64,000 bases of DNA from a virus (IMGVR_UViG_3300035034_002090:45238-109237); one strand, 5' to 3'; numbered from the stretch's first letter, positions 37,811 to 47,244 are shown. The notes: generated from the sequence alone by a model not told the origin. Program-made: numbers and translations.

Positions 37811-39328
37811 ATGACGTACGAGGCTCGCAGCATGGAGATCCAAGAGGGACAGAACATTCACAACCGAAAGTTTGTGGATAGTCTGGAAGAGAAATGGGAT
37901 CCATATCTTCAGCATATTGATAAGTCGCCGAACCCGTTCGACTATCGTCGAAAAACCACCGCGATGGTGCTGGAAAACACCGTCAAGGAAATGCCGCGTC
38001 AACTCAGGCGCGACTCGATGCTTCAGGAGGCTGACGCCGCGTCGACTACGACCGGCGGAGTTGCCGACTACGCAAGCACGATTTTTCCTGTTCTCATGAG
38101 GGTCTTCCCGAACCTGATCGCACATGAGCTGGTCTCCATCCAGCCAATGGGCGGACCTGTAGGAGCGGTCTTTTACATGGAGTACAAGCATGGCACCAAC
38201 AAGGGTGCCACGACTAAGGGCTCCAACCTGATCGAGAACTTCGACGAGAACTACACCTCGTCTGAAGTCACCAACGAGCACATCGCGACCGGTAACGGCT
38301 CCGACTATGGTGGCGCTGGTTCTGCAATGACGGCTTCGCTGTCGTTCGCTCCCGTGTTTCCGCTGAACGCCGGACTTTCTTCTCCGGAATTCAAGGTTGT
38401 CATTCAGGAAGTTGACGCTTCCGGCAACGTGCAGCAGGAAGCTGTCGACGATGGGTCTGGTGGATTCACTGGAAACATCAGCTCTGGTTCAATCGACTAC
38501 GATACCGGTGCTATCACGAACTTTGTGTTCACGGCCGCGCCGTCGAACACCAACAAGATCGTTGCTTCGTACTTCTACGACATGGAGTCCAACTCCAACG
38601 TCCCGAAGGTCTCGCTCGACGTCTCCGTCAATGAGATCAAGGCGAAGTCTCGCAAGCTCAACGTCATCTGGAGTTCTGAGGCTGCTGACGACCTTCGCGC
38701 CCTGCACGGCATCGAAGGTGAAGCTCAGCTTCTCGCAGGTGTCTCGAACGAGATTGGTCTCGAAATCGATCGTGAGATCCTCAAGGACCTCCGACAGAAC
38801 GCCGACACCACTGACACGTTCGACCTCTCGACGCCGCCGACCGGTGTTGCGCAGATCGACTTCCTTCGTGAGCTGATCACCAAGATTCACCAGACTAGCT
38901 CCAAGATTCACAAGAAGTCGAAGCGTGCACAGGCGAACTGGATCGTCACTAGCCCGGAAGTCTCGGCGCTGCTGAACCAGTTCCAAGGCCACAGCGACTA
39001 CACCATGCTTGGATCGGCTCCTGACCGCTCACCCAGCTACGGTGAGATGACCTCCGATTACGGAATCTATCAGGTTGGACTACTGATGGGCCGCATGAAG
39101 GTCTACGTGGATCCTTTCTTCCAGAGCGATGAGCTTCTTCTGGGAATCAAGGGGAAAAACTACCTTGATGCAGGTATGGTATACTCTCCATATGTGCCGC
39201 TTCAGATGACTCAGACCTTCCTCGACCCCGAGGACCAGACCTACAAGAAGGGTCTTCGCACTAGGTACGCGAAGAAGCTTCTTCGTCCGTCGCACTACGG
39301 TCGAATCAAGGTGCTCGGTCTAGCGTAA
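37811..39328 (+). CDS. major capsid protein (T4 gp23-like) with inserted domain
   Basis: RVFPNLIAHELVSIQPMGGPVG, KSRKL, EIDREI, ANWIVTSP, YSPYVPL, TRY. Confidence 0.95.
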   Translation: MTYEARSMEIQEGQNIHNRKFVDSLEEKWDPYLQHIDKSPNPFDYRRKTTAMVLENTVKEMPRQLRRDSMLQEADAASTTTGGVADYASTIFPVLMRVFPNLIAHELVSIQPMGGPVGAVFYMEYKHGTNKGATTKGSNLIENFDENYTSSEVTNEHIATGNGSDYGGAGSAMTASLSFAPVFPLNAGLSSPEFKVVIQEVDASGNVQQEAVDDGSGGFTGNISSGSIDYDTGAITNFVFTAAPSNTNKIVASYFYDMESNSNVPKVSLDVSVNEIKAKSRKLNVIWSSEAADDLRALHGIEGEAQLLAGVSNEIGLEIDREILKDLRQNADTTDTFDLSTPPTGVAQIDFLRELITKIHQTSSKIHKKSKRAQANWIVTSPEVSALLNQFQGHSDYTMLGSAPDRSPSYGEMTSDYGIYQVGLLMGRMKVYVDPFFQSDELLLGIKGKNYLDAGMVYSPYVPLQMTQTFLDPEDQTYKKGLRTRYAKKLLRPSHYGRIKVLGLA

Positions 39329-39355
39329 GCAGTATGGCCATAGGCCAACCGAATT

Positions 39356-39400
39356 AAGAGGGAGGCGCGTGGGGGTTCTCACGTCCTCCCTCTTTTTCTT
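39356..39400 (+). terminator. intrinsic terminator after MCP
   Basis: AAGAGGGAGG...CCTCCCTCTT stem with upper stem and U tract. Confidence 0.8.
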
Positions 39401-39425
39401 TCACTAGGACCAAAGGAGATGTATC

Positions 39426-39986
39426 ATGGCTGACAAGATGAAGCGTTTCAAACTGAAAAACGAATTCCTCAATGGTGGCGAAGTGTGGCTTGGCGGCCAC
39501 CGAGCCGGTGAACCAGAAAGGGTATGCCTAACCAAAGCGGCCCCTTATGTCGACGGTGATGAGTACGGCATTTATGAGGGCACTGTCCTTCGAGAGGTTC
39601 CACCAGTACCCTCGGTAGAGGAAAAGTCTAGCGGGCTCGCAGCTCTGAAGGCTAAGAAGGATTCAGGAGAGCCCCTAAAGGCCACTGAGGTCGTTGAAGA
39701 GGCTGAGCCCGAGTCTGATGTCCTCGAAGATGACATGGAGATGTCTGAGGCTCCTGAACCGCCCGAGCCGGAAGATCTCACACTAGACTCTGATACCGAA
39801 GAGGAAGGTGATTCCGTCAAACTTCCCAGCGCTAAGGAACTGGAAGAGATGACACGATCCGAGCTTGAGAGGTTAGCCCTTCAGCTTGGAGTTCTCGATG
39901 ACATCGACGGCACGGGCAGCGGTCAGTATAAGACTGTCCCTGATTTCCGAGACTACCTCACTGATTTGCTAGAAGAAGACGAGTAA
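39426..39986 (+). CDS. acidic protein with small C-terminal helical domain (HeH/PSBD-like)
   Basis: MTRSELERLALQLGV..IDGTGSG; directly after MCP. Confidence 0.7.
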   Translation: MADKMKRFKLKNEFLNGGEVWLGGHRAGEPERVCLTKAAPYVDGDEYGIYEGTVLREVPPVPSVEEKSSGLAALKAKKDSGEPLKATEVVEEAEPESDVLEDDMEMSEAPEPPEPEDLTLDSDTEEEGDSVKLPSAKELEEMTRSELERLALQLGVLDDIDGTGSGQYKTVPDFRDYLTDLLEEDE

Positions 39987-40008
39987 TAAACCCACTAAAG
40001 GAGCACTG

Positions 40009-40317
40009 ATGGACACGCACTCTGCTTACGATGTAGTGAATGCCCTATTCGAGTTCGCGGGAGCTATTATTTTATGGCTCAACGTTCGAAGGCTGCACTT
40101 GGATAAGCAGGTAAAGGGCGTGTCCGTCGTGCCCTTTATTTTTTACGCCGCATGGGGCATGTGGAATCCCTTTTATTACAACAGTCTTGGTCAGTGGTTT
40201 TCCTGCATTGCTGGGATTGGCGTTCTCACTGCCAACCTTGCATGGCTAGCGCTGTTTTTTCGATACAAACTATATCCAGTTGAGGCTGACGAACCAGCCG
40301 AGAATGGGCCTTCTTGA
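40009..40317 (+). CDS. small three-TM membrane protein (SemiSWEET/PQ-loop-like)
   Basis: Three hydrophobic helices; NVRRL..DKQVKGVS..WG.W motif. Confidence 0.65.
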   Translation: MDTHSAYDVVNALFEFAGAIILWLNVRRLHLDKQVKGVSVVPFIFYAAWGMWNPFYYNSLGQWFSCIAGIGVLTANLAWLALFFRYKLYPVEADEPAENGPS

Positions 40318-40338
40318 AACATCACGGGGTAGCCTGCC

Positions 40339-41403
40339 ATGGCACTAATATTTGAGGCCCTTGAGCCAACCTTTGCACTCTCTGGCTCATCTCCGCAGTA
40401 CAGGGTTAGATTTTTCGAAGAAAGCACAGGCGACCTTACCGATCCTGACAACGTAGATGCTCTTGAAGTCATGGATTCAGGGGGCAACCTTCTACGCACC
40501 TTTATCCCGCCGGACATCGTTCAGGAATCCACAGGAGTATATCGTGTAGATGACGACGTAGTTGATGATCCGCAAGTCTTCTTCCTTAGATGGACTTACA
40601 CGGAAGGCGGAGATCAAAGGACAGTGTCCGTAGCCTACGAAGTCGTCGACAACCAGAGCGGCCAAGCAAAAAATGCACTGAAGGAATATGTGCTCAGTCG
40701 CCTTGGTAAAGGCGTAATGGTGGTCGAAATACCCGCAGGCACGCTAGACTTCTGCATCGACCAAGCCATGACATGGTACGCGATGCATGTCGGACAGACC
40801 AAGCGTGTTAGACTCAACATGGTTTCAGGCCAGCAGCGATACGACGTCGCAGAGGATTGCTATTACGTGGTTGATGTTGCTCTCCCCGGTAACATGACCC
40901 GCGTGTCCGAAGCCCTCGGTGTGTTCGGCGTCTATGGGTTCTCGCAACTAGGCATGGGGGACATACCTGTTGAGGATATTTTTGGGGGGTCTGGAACGCA
41001 GGGCTTTTATGGAGGACTTGTTCAGTCCTTGCAGTACGCCGAGATGGGTCGAAGGGTCCTAAGCAACGCTCCTTCTTGGGAGTGGCTGCAAATGTCCAAG
41101 AAGCTTGTCCTCTTCCCCCCGCCCGCGAACATTTCCAGCGAAATGGTCGTGGACTATGTATCCACCGAGATAGATCTTGCATCGATGAACCCGCAAGAGA
41201 AATACTTCATCCGCGAATACGTAACGGCCGAAGCAAAGGAAGCTCTTGGACGAATTCGAGGAAAGTACAGCGGTTATCCATCGGCTGAGGGAGAAAGGAT
41301 GCTAGATGCCGACACGCTGCTGGCTGAAGCTAGTGAAAGCAAGCGTACCCTCAATGAGAAGATAGGCTTTTATGCTCCGTCAGGTTGGATCATCACAGGG
41401 TAG
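40339..41403 (+). CDS. neck protein (T4 gp13-like) with N-terminal beta domain
   Basis: LKEYVLSRLG...VEI...IDQA; REYVTAEAKEALGRIRGKY. Confidence 0.82.
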   Translation: MALIFEALEPTFALSGSSPQYRVRFFEESTGDLTDPDNVDALEVMDSGGNLLRTFIPPDIVQESTGVYRVDDDVVDDPQVFFLRWTYTEGGDQRTVSVAYEVVDNQSGQAKNALKEYVLSRLGKGVMVVEIPAGTLDFCIDQAMTWYAMHVGQTKRVRLNMVSGQQRYDVAEDCYYVVDVALPGNMTRVSEALGVFGVYGFSQLGMGDIPVEDIFGGSGTQGFYGGLVQSLQYAEMGRRVLSNAPSWEWLQMSKKLVLFPPPANISSEMVVDYVSTEIDLASMNPQEKYFIREYVTAEAKEALGRIRGKYSGYPSAEGERMLDADTLLAEASESKRTLNEKIGFYAPSGWIITG

Positions 41404-41404
41404 A

Positions 41405-42154
41405 ATGATGGGTAAAAAAAGAGATAGGGTTATAGTTGCCGAGCAGAACGCTCGGGTGTTTTTTGTGAAGGTTGGTAAGTTGTGGGAGGAAGATACGTCT
41501 GCTTGGGCTTCACAACTGTTTCAGGCAGGTCAGAAGGTCCGGAGTATCCGTAAGGTAATGCATGAGTCTAGGGGCGTAATAAGAGTGGAATTCTCGGATC
41601 CCACGGACATGAGCAGGGCATGTCAACTACTGGAGGCAGACGCTGAGGCGACAGGCTCACCGGTGGAAGGCAAAACCTATAAGGTCACCAAGACCCTAAA
41701 GCTCCGACCTGCACAATCAGGGGATGAAACGCCCCTAGAGGTTACCAAGGGAGCCAGTCTGGTGTTCAAAGGTCAATCTCCTGACCAGTATCTGTTTGAC
41801 GTCAAAGGTGGAGATCGAGACGGCCGAACGGTGTCTGTTTCCATGGAGGAATGGGAGGACATGTCCTCTTCTCTTGAAGCGGAGTCAGATGCAAACGTTG
41901 ACAGCTCGAAAGAAGACGAAGAGGGCGAAGAGGGCGCTGATGAGGCTGACTCCGACAAGGACACCGGGGAAGACGAAAAAGACAGAGAGAAGCGACTCAA
42001 CACGCATCTAAGGGTCCGCCGATCTTTTCCTAAATTTCCTCAGAGAAAGAACCTGTCTGACTACCTAACCCCTGACGGAAAGGCTCTGGATAAGAAAGTT
42101 ATCGAGAAGCCTGAAGGCGGCGGCGGTGGCGGTGGCGGGTTCGGAGGGTTTTAA
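41405..42154 (+). CDS. hypothetical virion-associated protein
   Basis: Acidic linker, Gly-rich end, x-x-E-S/A sites. Confidence 0.65.
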   Translation: MMGKKRDRVIVAEQNARVFFVKVGKLWEEDTSAWASQLFQAGQKVRSIRKVMHESRGVIRVEFSDPTDMSRACQLLEADAEATGSPVEGKTYKVTKTLKLRPAQSGDETPLEVTKGASLVFKGQSPDQYLFDVKGGDRDGRTVSVSMEEWEDMSSSLEAESDANVDSSKEDEEGEEGADEADSDKDTGEDEKDREKRLNTHLRVRRSFPKFPQRKNLSDYLTPDGKALDKKVIEKPEGGGGGGGGFGGF

Positions 42155-42157
42155 TCC

Positions 42158-43081
42158 ATGGCTGGTCTCAAAAGTTCTCTCAAAAATATCGCCAAAAGCA
42201 TCAAGAAGAAAATCCCCTTTCTTCGCAAAGGACGTCACTCCAAGGGTAAGGAAGTTTCAGTTAAGCCCTTGTTGGCTTATTTCGTCGTCAAGCACCTCGA
42301 TGAATCTGGCAAGTCAATCACTAGGTCTGATGTTCAAAAAGCGTTTAGGGAAGCAACTAGGACGCTTCAGACCGCCGGATACATGAGGAAGGGTAAGCAT
42401 ACCCTGACTGATGTTGGCATCAAGGCCCTTGAGGCCGTTCGGCTGCGTGATGATTACAACGAGATACAGGATCGGTACGGTGCGATTCTAGCAATGATAA
42501 GAAGTGGGAAGCCCCGAACGTATAGTGAGTCAGATGCACCTATGTCTACCCCACTTCTCATGGAGGCGGGCGCTGACATCTCATCTAGCTCCACGATGGT
42601 TGCCATTTATCCTCCTTCCTACATAGCAGCGAAGGCATCATCTTACGCCGATGAGGAAATACCTGTTGACGATCTCCACGTGACCCTCGTCTATTTAGGG
42701 GAAACTGAACCTAGCGACTTCGACACTGTGGTCAAATGCGTGCAATCGTGTGCGCAGATGCTCGCGCCCGTGCGCGTGCGTGTGGCTGGCTCGGGGTGCT
42801 TTTACAATGATGAAAGCGCTGTGCGTCATTTTCTGATCGATTCTTCTGGGCTTGCTGAGGTGAGACGAAGAATTGCTGAGATGCTTTCTGATAACGGTCT
42901 AGTCACCCCATCTAAGTTTGGCTGGATTCCCCATATGACGCTAGGATACCACAAGGATCGTGAACTCCCCGACGATTGGGAGAAGGCCGCTGATGGTGAT
43001 TTTGATGAGTGGCTTTGCGATAATGTCTGGGTTGTGAGGGGGAATGACCACCGTGTGAGAGTTCCCCTTGGAGGTGTATAA
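42158..43081 (+). CDS. 2H phosphoesterase (Acb1/LigT-like) with basic N-terminal domain
   Basis: H174-V-T and H259-M-T motifs (LHVTLVYLG, PHMTLGY). Confidence 0.85.
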   Translation: MAGLKSSLKNIAKSIKKKIPFLRKGRHSKGKEVSVKPLLAYFVVKHLDESGKSITRSDVQKAFREATRTLQTAGYMRKGKHTLTDVGIKALEAVRLRDDYNEIQDRYGAILAMIRSGKPRTYSESDAPMSTPLLMEAGADISSSSTMVAIYPPSYIAAKASSYADEEIPVDDLHVTLVYLGETEPSDFDTVVKCVQSCAQMLAPVRVRVAGSGCFYNDESAVRHFLIDSSGLAEVRRRIAEMLSDNGLVTPSKFGWIPHMTLGYHKDRELPDDWEKAADGDFDEWLCDNVWVVRGNDHRVRVPLGGV

Positions 43082-43713
43082 TGGTGGATCAATCCCGAAG
43101 AATTCTTACCGCCTATCCGACTGAAATTATTTTTCAGATGAACATAGCCCGGGAGCACCTCTTTCACAGCAGCGTACAGCCGCGAGCTGGAGCACTGAGG
43201 CTTTCTGGATCTCCAAATAAGGACACCGTCAGCAATGGAACGGCCCGATCCGACAGGAACGTAGGCTCCGGAATAGACCCCATCGCAAACGTGGGGGCCA
43301 GAATGTGGTCGGCTGGCGTCGAGGAAGTTGATGATCTGTATGGCGAGCCTATTGGAGATGAGTTCACCAACCCTCCTATTTCCACTGTTTGCGTCCTGAA
43401 GTTCAACGAAGAGTCTGATCGCCAGCTATCGGTCGAGGCTTTCGGTCAGAAGTTTGAGAACAGGGCCAATGTAATAATTCCAGTCATACATCATTTGGAG
43501 AACGATTATCCCGCTCCAAAAGAAGGGGATATGATGGAATTTTGGGCGGAGTCTTGGCAGGAGTTTGGCATCTTCTACAACGTCACGAAAGTGAACCGAG
43601 CGGGCTTTATAAATGGAACCTCATACCACACCGAATGGAAGCTTGAGATCACTCGTAACGAAGAATACGTGCCCGCCCGAAGACTATTAGGGAAGAGCAT
43701 ACATAACCAGTGA
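43081..43713 (+). CDS. neck/head-completion protein (T4 gp14-like)
   Basis: DDLYGEP...F, P.EGD, YNVTKV; position near gp13-like gene. Confidence 0.6.
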   Translation: MVDQSRRILTAYPTEIIFQMNIAREHLFHSSVQPRAGALRLSGSPNKDTVSNGTARSDRNVGSGIDPIANVGARMWSAGVEEVDDLYGEPIGDEFTNPPISTVCVLKFNEESDRQLSVEAFGQKFENRANVIIPVIHHLENDYPAPKEGDMMEFWAESWQEFGIFYNVTKVNRAGFINGTSYHTEWKLEITRNEEYVPARRLLGKSIHNQ

Positions 43714-43721
43714 GATAACCT

Positions 43722-44111
43722 ATGCCTATAGATGCCAAAAGTGTTGCCGACCTCGTTAAAAACAAGGTCGTATTCGGATGCGCCTCATGCAAGAAGATGC
43801 ATCAAGCGCTTAATAAGGGGATGGCCGGGTGTCAGATTAAAGAGTGCGGGTCTCCTTTGAGCGGAGGTACTTTTGAGCAATACGAAGGTCCTATGTCTCC
43901 TGAGTTCTGGCCCAAAGTCTGCTGGGCTTGTGGCGTGCCATCCGTAAGGGCTTTTCATGTGATTAAATCTGCACGCACATTTGGCGTGTGTGACGAACAC
44001 AATGAGCTTCATAGCGCTGGGTTTTCGAAGGATGAGGTTCTTTTGTTGGGCTCTCCCCCAAAAAATACCCAACACAATTTGATTCAGGCGCTCATTGATG
44101 ATGAAAATTAG
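43722..44111 (+). CDS. Cys-rich zinc-finger hypothetical protein
   Basis: CxxC..H, C...C, CxxC, CxxH. Confidence 0.65.
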   Translation: MPIDAKSVADLVKNKVVFGCASCKKMHQALNKGMAGCQIKECGSPLSGGTFEQYEGPMSPEFWPKVCWACGVPSVRAFHVIKSARTFGVCDEHNELHSAGFSKDEVLLLGSPPKNTQHNLIQALIDDEN

Positions 44112-44139
44112 ATGCGACGGTTATTCTCGTGAGGCTGCT

Positions 44140-44901
44140 ATGTCTTTTGCTGGAGAACACAATTCTGAAATCATCTCCGAGAAGGAGAAGAGTAGCTTTG
44201 GTCGAGACTTGGCAATCAAGACCGCAAAGGCTGCTGCGACAACGGCCGCTATTGCAGGAGCTACCGCAATTGCTGGCACTGCCTCGAAGAGAATTGGCAC
44301 GAGCATTGGGGATAAGATAGCTGACTTTGTGACGGGCTCTGGCCGAAAAAGTAATAAGCGACGCGGTAGCCGCCGCAATCGCAAGGATGATGATAGTCGT
44401 CGACGTCATCGCAATAAGAAAACCAAACGTACCGGTAGGCGCGGGAGAGGAAAAATGAGTAGACGAAACGAGAGTTCATCCGTAGAGGGACAGCTCAGGC
44501 AGCAGAACAAGGAGCTTAAAGAAGCTCTGCGGCAGACTGGCGTAGCTTTGGTCCTCTCCAATCATCTTCCAAAGGTTGAGGAATCTAAGCATCGAAGCTT
44601 TGTATCCTCTCTTCGCTCGTATAACGACTTCGAGAGCATGGTCGAATTCGACGAGTATGTCTCTGGAGAGATTCAGGGCTTCCTCAACGAAGACGAAGAT
44701 AAGGCTGACGAAGAGGCTAATGAAGAGCCTGTTGAAGAGTCCGCAGAAGGCTCCGAAGAGAGCACTGTTGAGGAAGGTAAAGATGCTGATGCTGGTGCCC
44801 TAGAAGAGAGTGCACCCGCTCAGCCATCGAATGACCCTCTCGGCCTTCTGGGCGGCGTGAACGGATACATGTACGAGCGGATTGTTTTTCCGAAGGCGTA
44901 A
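44140..44901 (+). CDS. putative internal head protein with scaffold-like domain
   Basis: Ala-rich helix, Arg-rich block, domain paralogous to the scaffold. Confidence 0.65.
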   Translation: MSFAGEHNSEIISEKEKSSFGRDLAIKTAKAAATTAAIAGATAIAGTASKRIGTSIGDKIADFVTGSGRKSNKRRGSRRNRKDDDSRRRHRNKKTKRTGRRGRGKMSRRNESSSVEGQLRQQNKELKEALRQTGVALVLSNHLPKVEESKHRSFVSSLRSYNDFESMVEFDEYVSGEIQGFLNEDEDKADEEANEEPVEESAEGSEESTVEEGKDADAGALEESAPAQPSNDPLGLLGGVNGYMYERIVFPKA

Positions 44902-44908
44902 GACCACA

Positions 44909-45271
44909 ATGAAAGACGTTGAGAGATATTCTGAAGAGGCCGAGCTTAGGGCGGAGAATACTGCGCTAAAGAAGGCGCTTAGGCGTACCAGCATGGCACT
45001 TGCCTTGTCTGAAGCCTTCATGTCTCTCGACGAGAGTCTGCATCATCGACTCGTTGTAAGGTTAGAGCCTCAAGACAGGTTTGAGAGCGTGGATGATTTC
45101 CGATCTCACGTAAAGTCTGTTGCATCTCGGGTGCTTAGAGAAGATGAGCGCCCACCCTCTCAAATAGAGCAGCCTATTCCGGGAACTCAGAGCGAGGCCG
45201 AGGAACGTCCCTTGGCTCGCTCTGAGCTTTTCGAGCGGCTGTGCCCTTCCCTAACCCATGATCTCGGCTGA
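44909..45271 (+). CDS. small scaffold-domain paralog
   Basis: Aligns without gaps to ORF 44140 and the scaffold. Confidence 0.65.
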   Translation: MKDVERYSEEAELRAENTALKKALRRTSMALALSEAFMSLDESLHHRLVVRLEPQDRFESVDDFRSHVKSVASRVLREDERPPSQIEQPIPGTQSEAEERPLARSELFERLCPSLTHDLG

Positions 45272-45977
45272 CCTAGAAGGATACGATAAGCTCAAAGGGA
45301 AGCTCTCGTGGATCCGAAAGAACTGGCCCCAAGTTCAGCGCTTCGCAATGATGCGCATGGCTGAGAGTCTGGCCGAAGAGCTTCGCATCCCCTTTACCTA
45401 CCTTCACTTCGTACGCGTAGAAGAAAGCTCTGAGAGAACTTGGTACGGCTTGAGTTTGGAGCCGGATTCTTTTGAGGCCCCGTCCGAAGAGCACGGAGAT
45501 AAGCTTTTTTATCTATCTCCGCGTCACGACGCTCCTGATGCGATAAAAAAACTAGCCGAACACAACCCCTACACCTCAGATACACTCCCCGCCAAGCTTC
45601 ATCCAGAACACGGTGTTTATTTCATACGTGAGAGCACTCCTGAAGAGCGAGACGAGGTAATGCTTCGATCGATGATTGCCAATGATGAAAGAGGCGTACC
45701 TCCTGTGCCTTCAAACCACCGGCAACCCCTCCAAGATGACGTAAGATACAACCAAGCCCGAGGCGAACTAGGCATCGGGGACGGACCCTCACGTCCAGTA
45801 TGGCGCAATGCAGTCAAAAATTTGATTCAAAAGCGCCTGCCGGAGATTGTGGATGAAGTCTCGGATGCAATGATCTCAGGATCCTTGAGAGATAAAGACC
45901 TTCCCGACTTTGAGGAACGTCCCCTTTCATGGCTAGAGGATAACTCCGAGTTCATGATTATCGCTGCTCAGGTCTAA
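45258..45977 (+). CDS. putative virion morphogenesis protein
   Basis: LEGYDKLKGKL start typical of HK97 gp10/Mu gpG-like genes; position. Confidence 0.45.
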   Translation: MISADLEGYDKLKGKLSWIRKNWPQVQRFAMMRMAESLAEELRIPFTYLHFVRVEESSERTWYGLSLEPDSFEAPSEEHGDKLFYLSPRHDAPDAIKKLAEHNPYTSDTLPAKLHPEHGVYFIRESTPEERDEVMLRSMIANDERGVPPVPSNHRQPLQDDVRYNQARGELGIGDGPSRPVWRNAVKNLIQKRLPEIVDEVSDAMISGSLRDKDLPDFEERPLSWLEDNSEFMIIAAQV

Positions 45978-45979
45978 AG

Positions 45980-46690
45980 ATGTCCCAGCTCGGGGAAATA
46001 GATCTCTCCAATTTTGATCGTGCCATATATGAGGCACTCGGCGCAGACTTCTTGCCCTTTCCTAACCCGGATGGTCATGAGCTTCTGAAGAGGAATATGC
46101 GTCAGGCGCGCATCCCGGGCATCCATGGCCCCGGATACACTGATGCCGACGAGCAGGAGGGTCGAGTTCCTGTTGTCTATAACTACCCTGAAGATGTCTA
46201 CAACCGGTACTTGCTGCCCGGGATTCGAGTCAAACGCAACGAGTCCGTAGAGGATGACAACAGCCGAAGGGGAGGATGGCAGGCTGGATATAAGTATAGG
46301 GTTCCTTCTGACAATGGGAGCCCTGTCGAATCAGGCGGCAGGCAGGGCCATACTCACTATGTGATGAGACCCCACGCCGAACCGGTCTTCCTTACCTACG
46401 ACATTGAAGTTAGGGCAAGGCATCAGCGCGAAGCTCAGATTCTCCGCAAATACGTGCGGAGGAAGATAAAGGACAGATCCTTTATCGAGGTCAGGGATTC
46501 TATTGAAGAGCCAAGTCATTTCACGGTGTTCCGCCAAAGCGATCAGGAAGTTAGTGAGTTCATTAGCTCTTTGAACAGGTTTCACGGTTATATGCTGAGC
46601 TTTCGAATTGAAGGCGAATTGGATGACCACGAAGAGTATGAGGAACGAGCATTGACCTCATCTCCAACTATTCAGCGCACTAAAAAGTAA
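45980..46690 (+). CDS. putative tail terminator/completion protein
   Basis: PVVYNYPE..LPGI, PVFLTYDIEV..RHQREA; upstream of sheath. Confidence 0.6.
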   Translation: MSQLGEIDLSNFDRAIYEALGADFLPFPNPDGHELLKRNMRQARIPGIHGPGYTDADEQEGRVPVVYNYPEDVYNRYLLPGIRVKRNESVEDDNSRRGGWQAGYKYRVPSDNGSPVESGGRQGHTHYVMRPHAEPVFLTYDIEVRARHQREAQILRKYVRRKIKDRSFIEVRDSIEEPSHFTVFRQSDQEVSEFISSLNRFHGYMLSFRIEGELDDHEEYEERALTSSPTIQRTKK

Positions 46691-46701
46691 AGGAGCCTCA
46701 A

Positions 46702-47244
46702 ATGGCTAAGAAAGAAATGTGGAAGGTTGTAGGCGCGGGACCCGAAAGGCTTCGTCTGGCAAACGGCGATACTGTCGTGGTCTCTAGGCTTTCGGATCCT
46801 TTTGAACCGGCTAGGGACTCTCTTTTTAGATCCCTGAAGGATACAGGAAGACTTAAGATGGTCATGGTCGACGATGGTCTAGACGACCCCGTCGAGTCAC
46901 CTGAGCCCTTTGAGCCTGAAGATGAAACCAGTGAGCCGGAGGTCGAAGAAGCCTCAGAAGAGACTAAGGCCGTAGAGATAGACGAGGAAGAAGACGTCGT
47001 CATCGGCGACACCGAGGACGCCTCTTGGCCGGAACCAGACGTCGCGCCACTACTCGTATCTGATCTTGGCCTCACTTCGAGAATTGAATCGGCTTTGCTT
47101 GAGAGCGGCGTAGATACCGTTGAGGCTTTATCTGAGCTTTCTGCCGAAGAGCTTCTTTTGATCGACGGCATAGGGGAAGGATCCATACGCGACATCGATG
47201 ACGCGCTGAGACAAATGGATCTTTCTCTACGAATTGATGAGTAA
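46702..47244 (+). CDS. acidic protein with C-terminal RNA polymerase alpha-CTD/NusA-type HhH domain
   Basis: DLGLTSRIESALLESGVDTVEALSELSAEELLLIDGIGEGSIRDIDDAL. Confidence 0.75.
   Translation: MAKKEMWKVVGAGPERLRLANGDTVVVSRLSDPFEPARDSLFRSLKDTGRLKMVMVDDGLDDPVESPEPFEPEDETSEPEVEEASEETKAVEIDEEEDVVIGDTEDASWPEPDVAPLLVSDLGLTSRIESALLESGVDTVEALSELSAEELLLIDGIGEGSIRDIDDALRQMDLSLRIDE

Noticed and set aside
37730-38281. Long antisense ORFs over MCP, RecA, RuvC and other genes
   Set aside because: Shadows of well-supported + strand genes, without RBS or protein motifs
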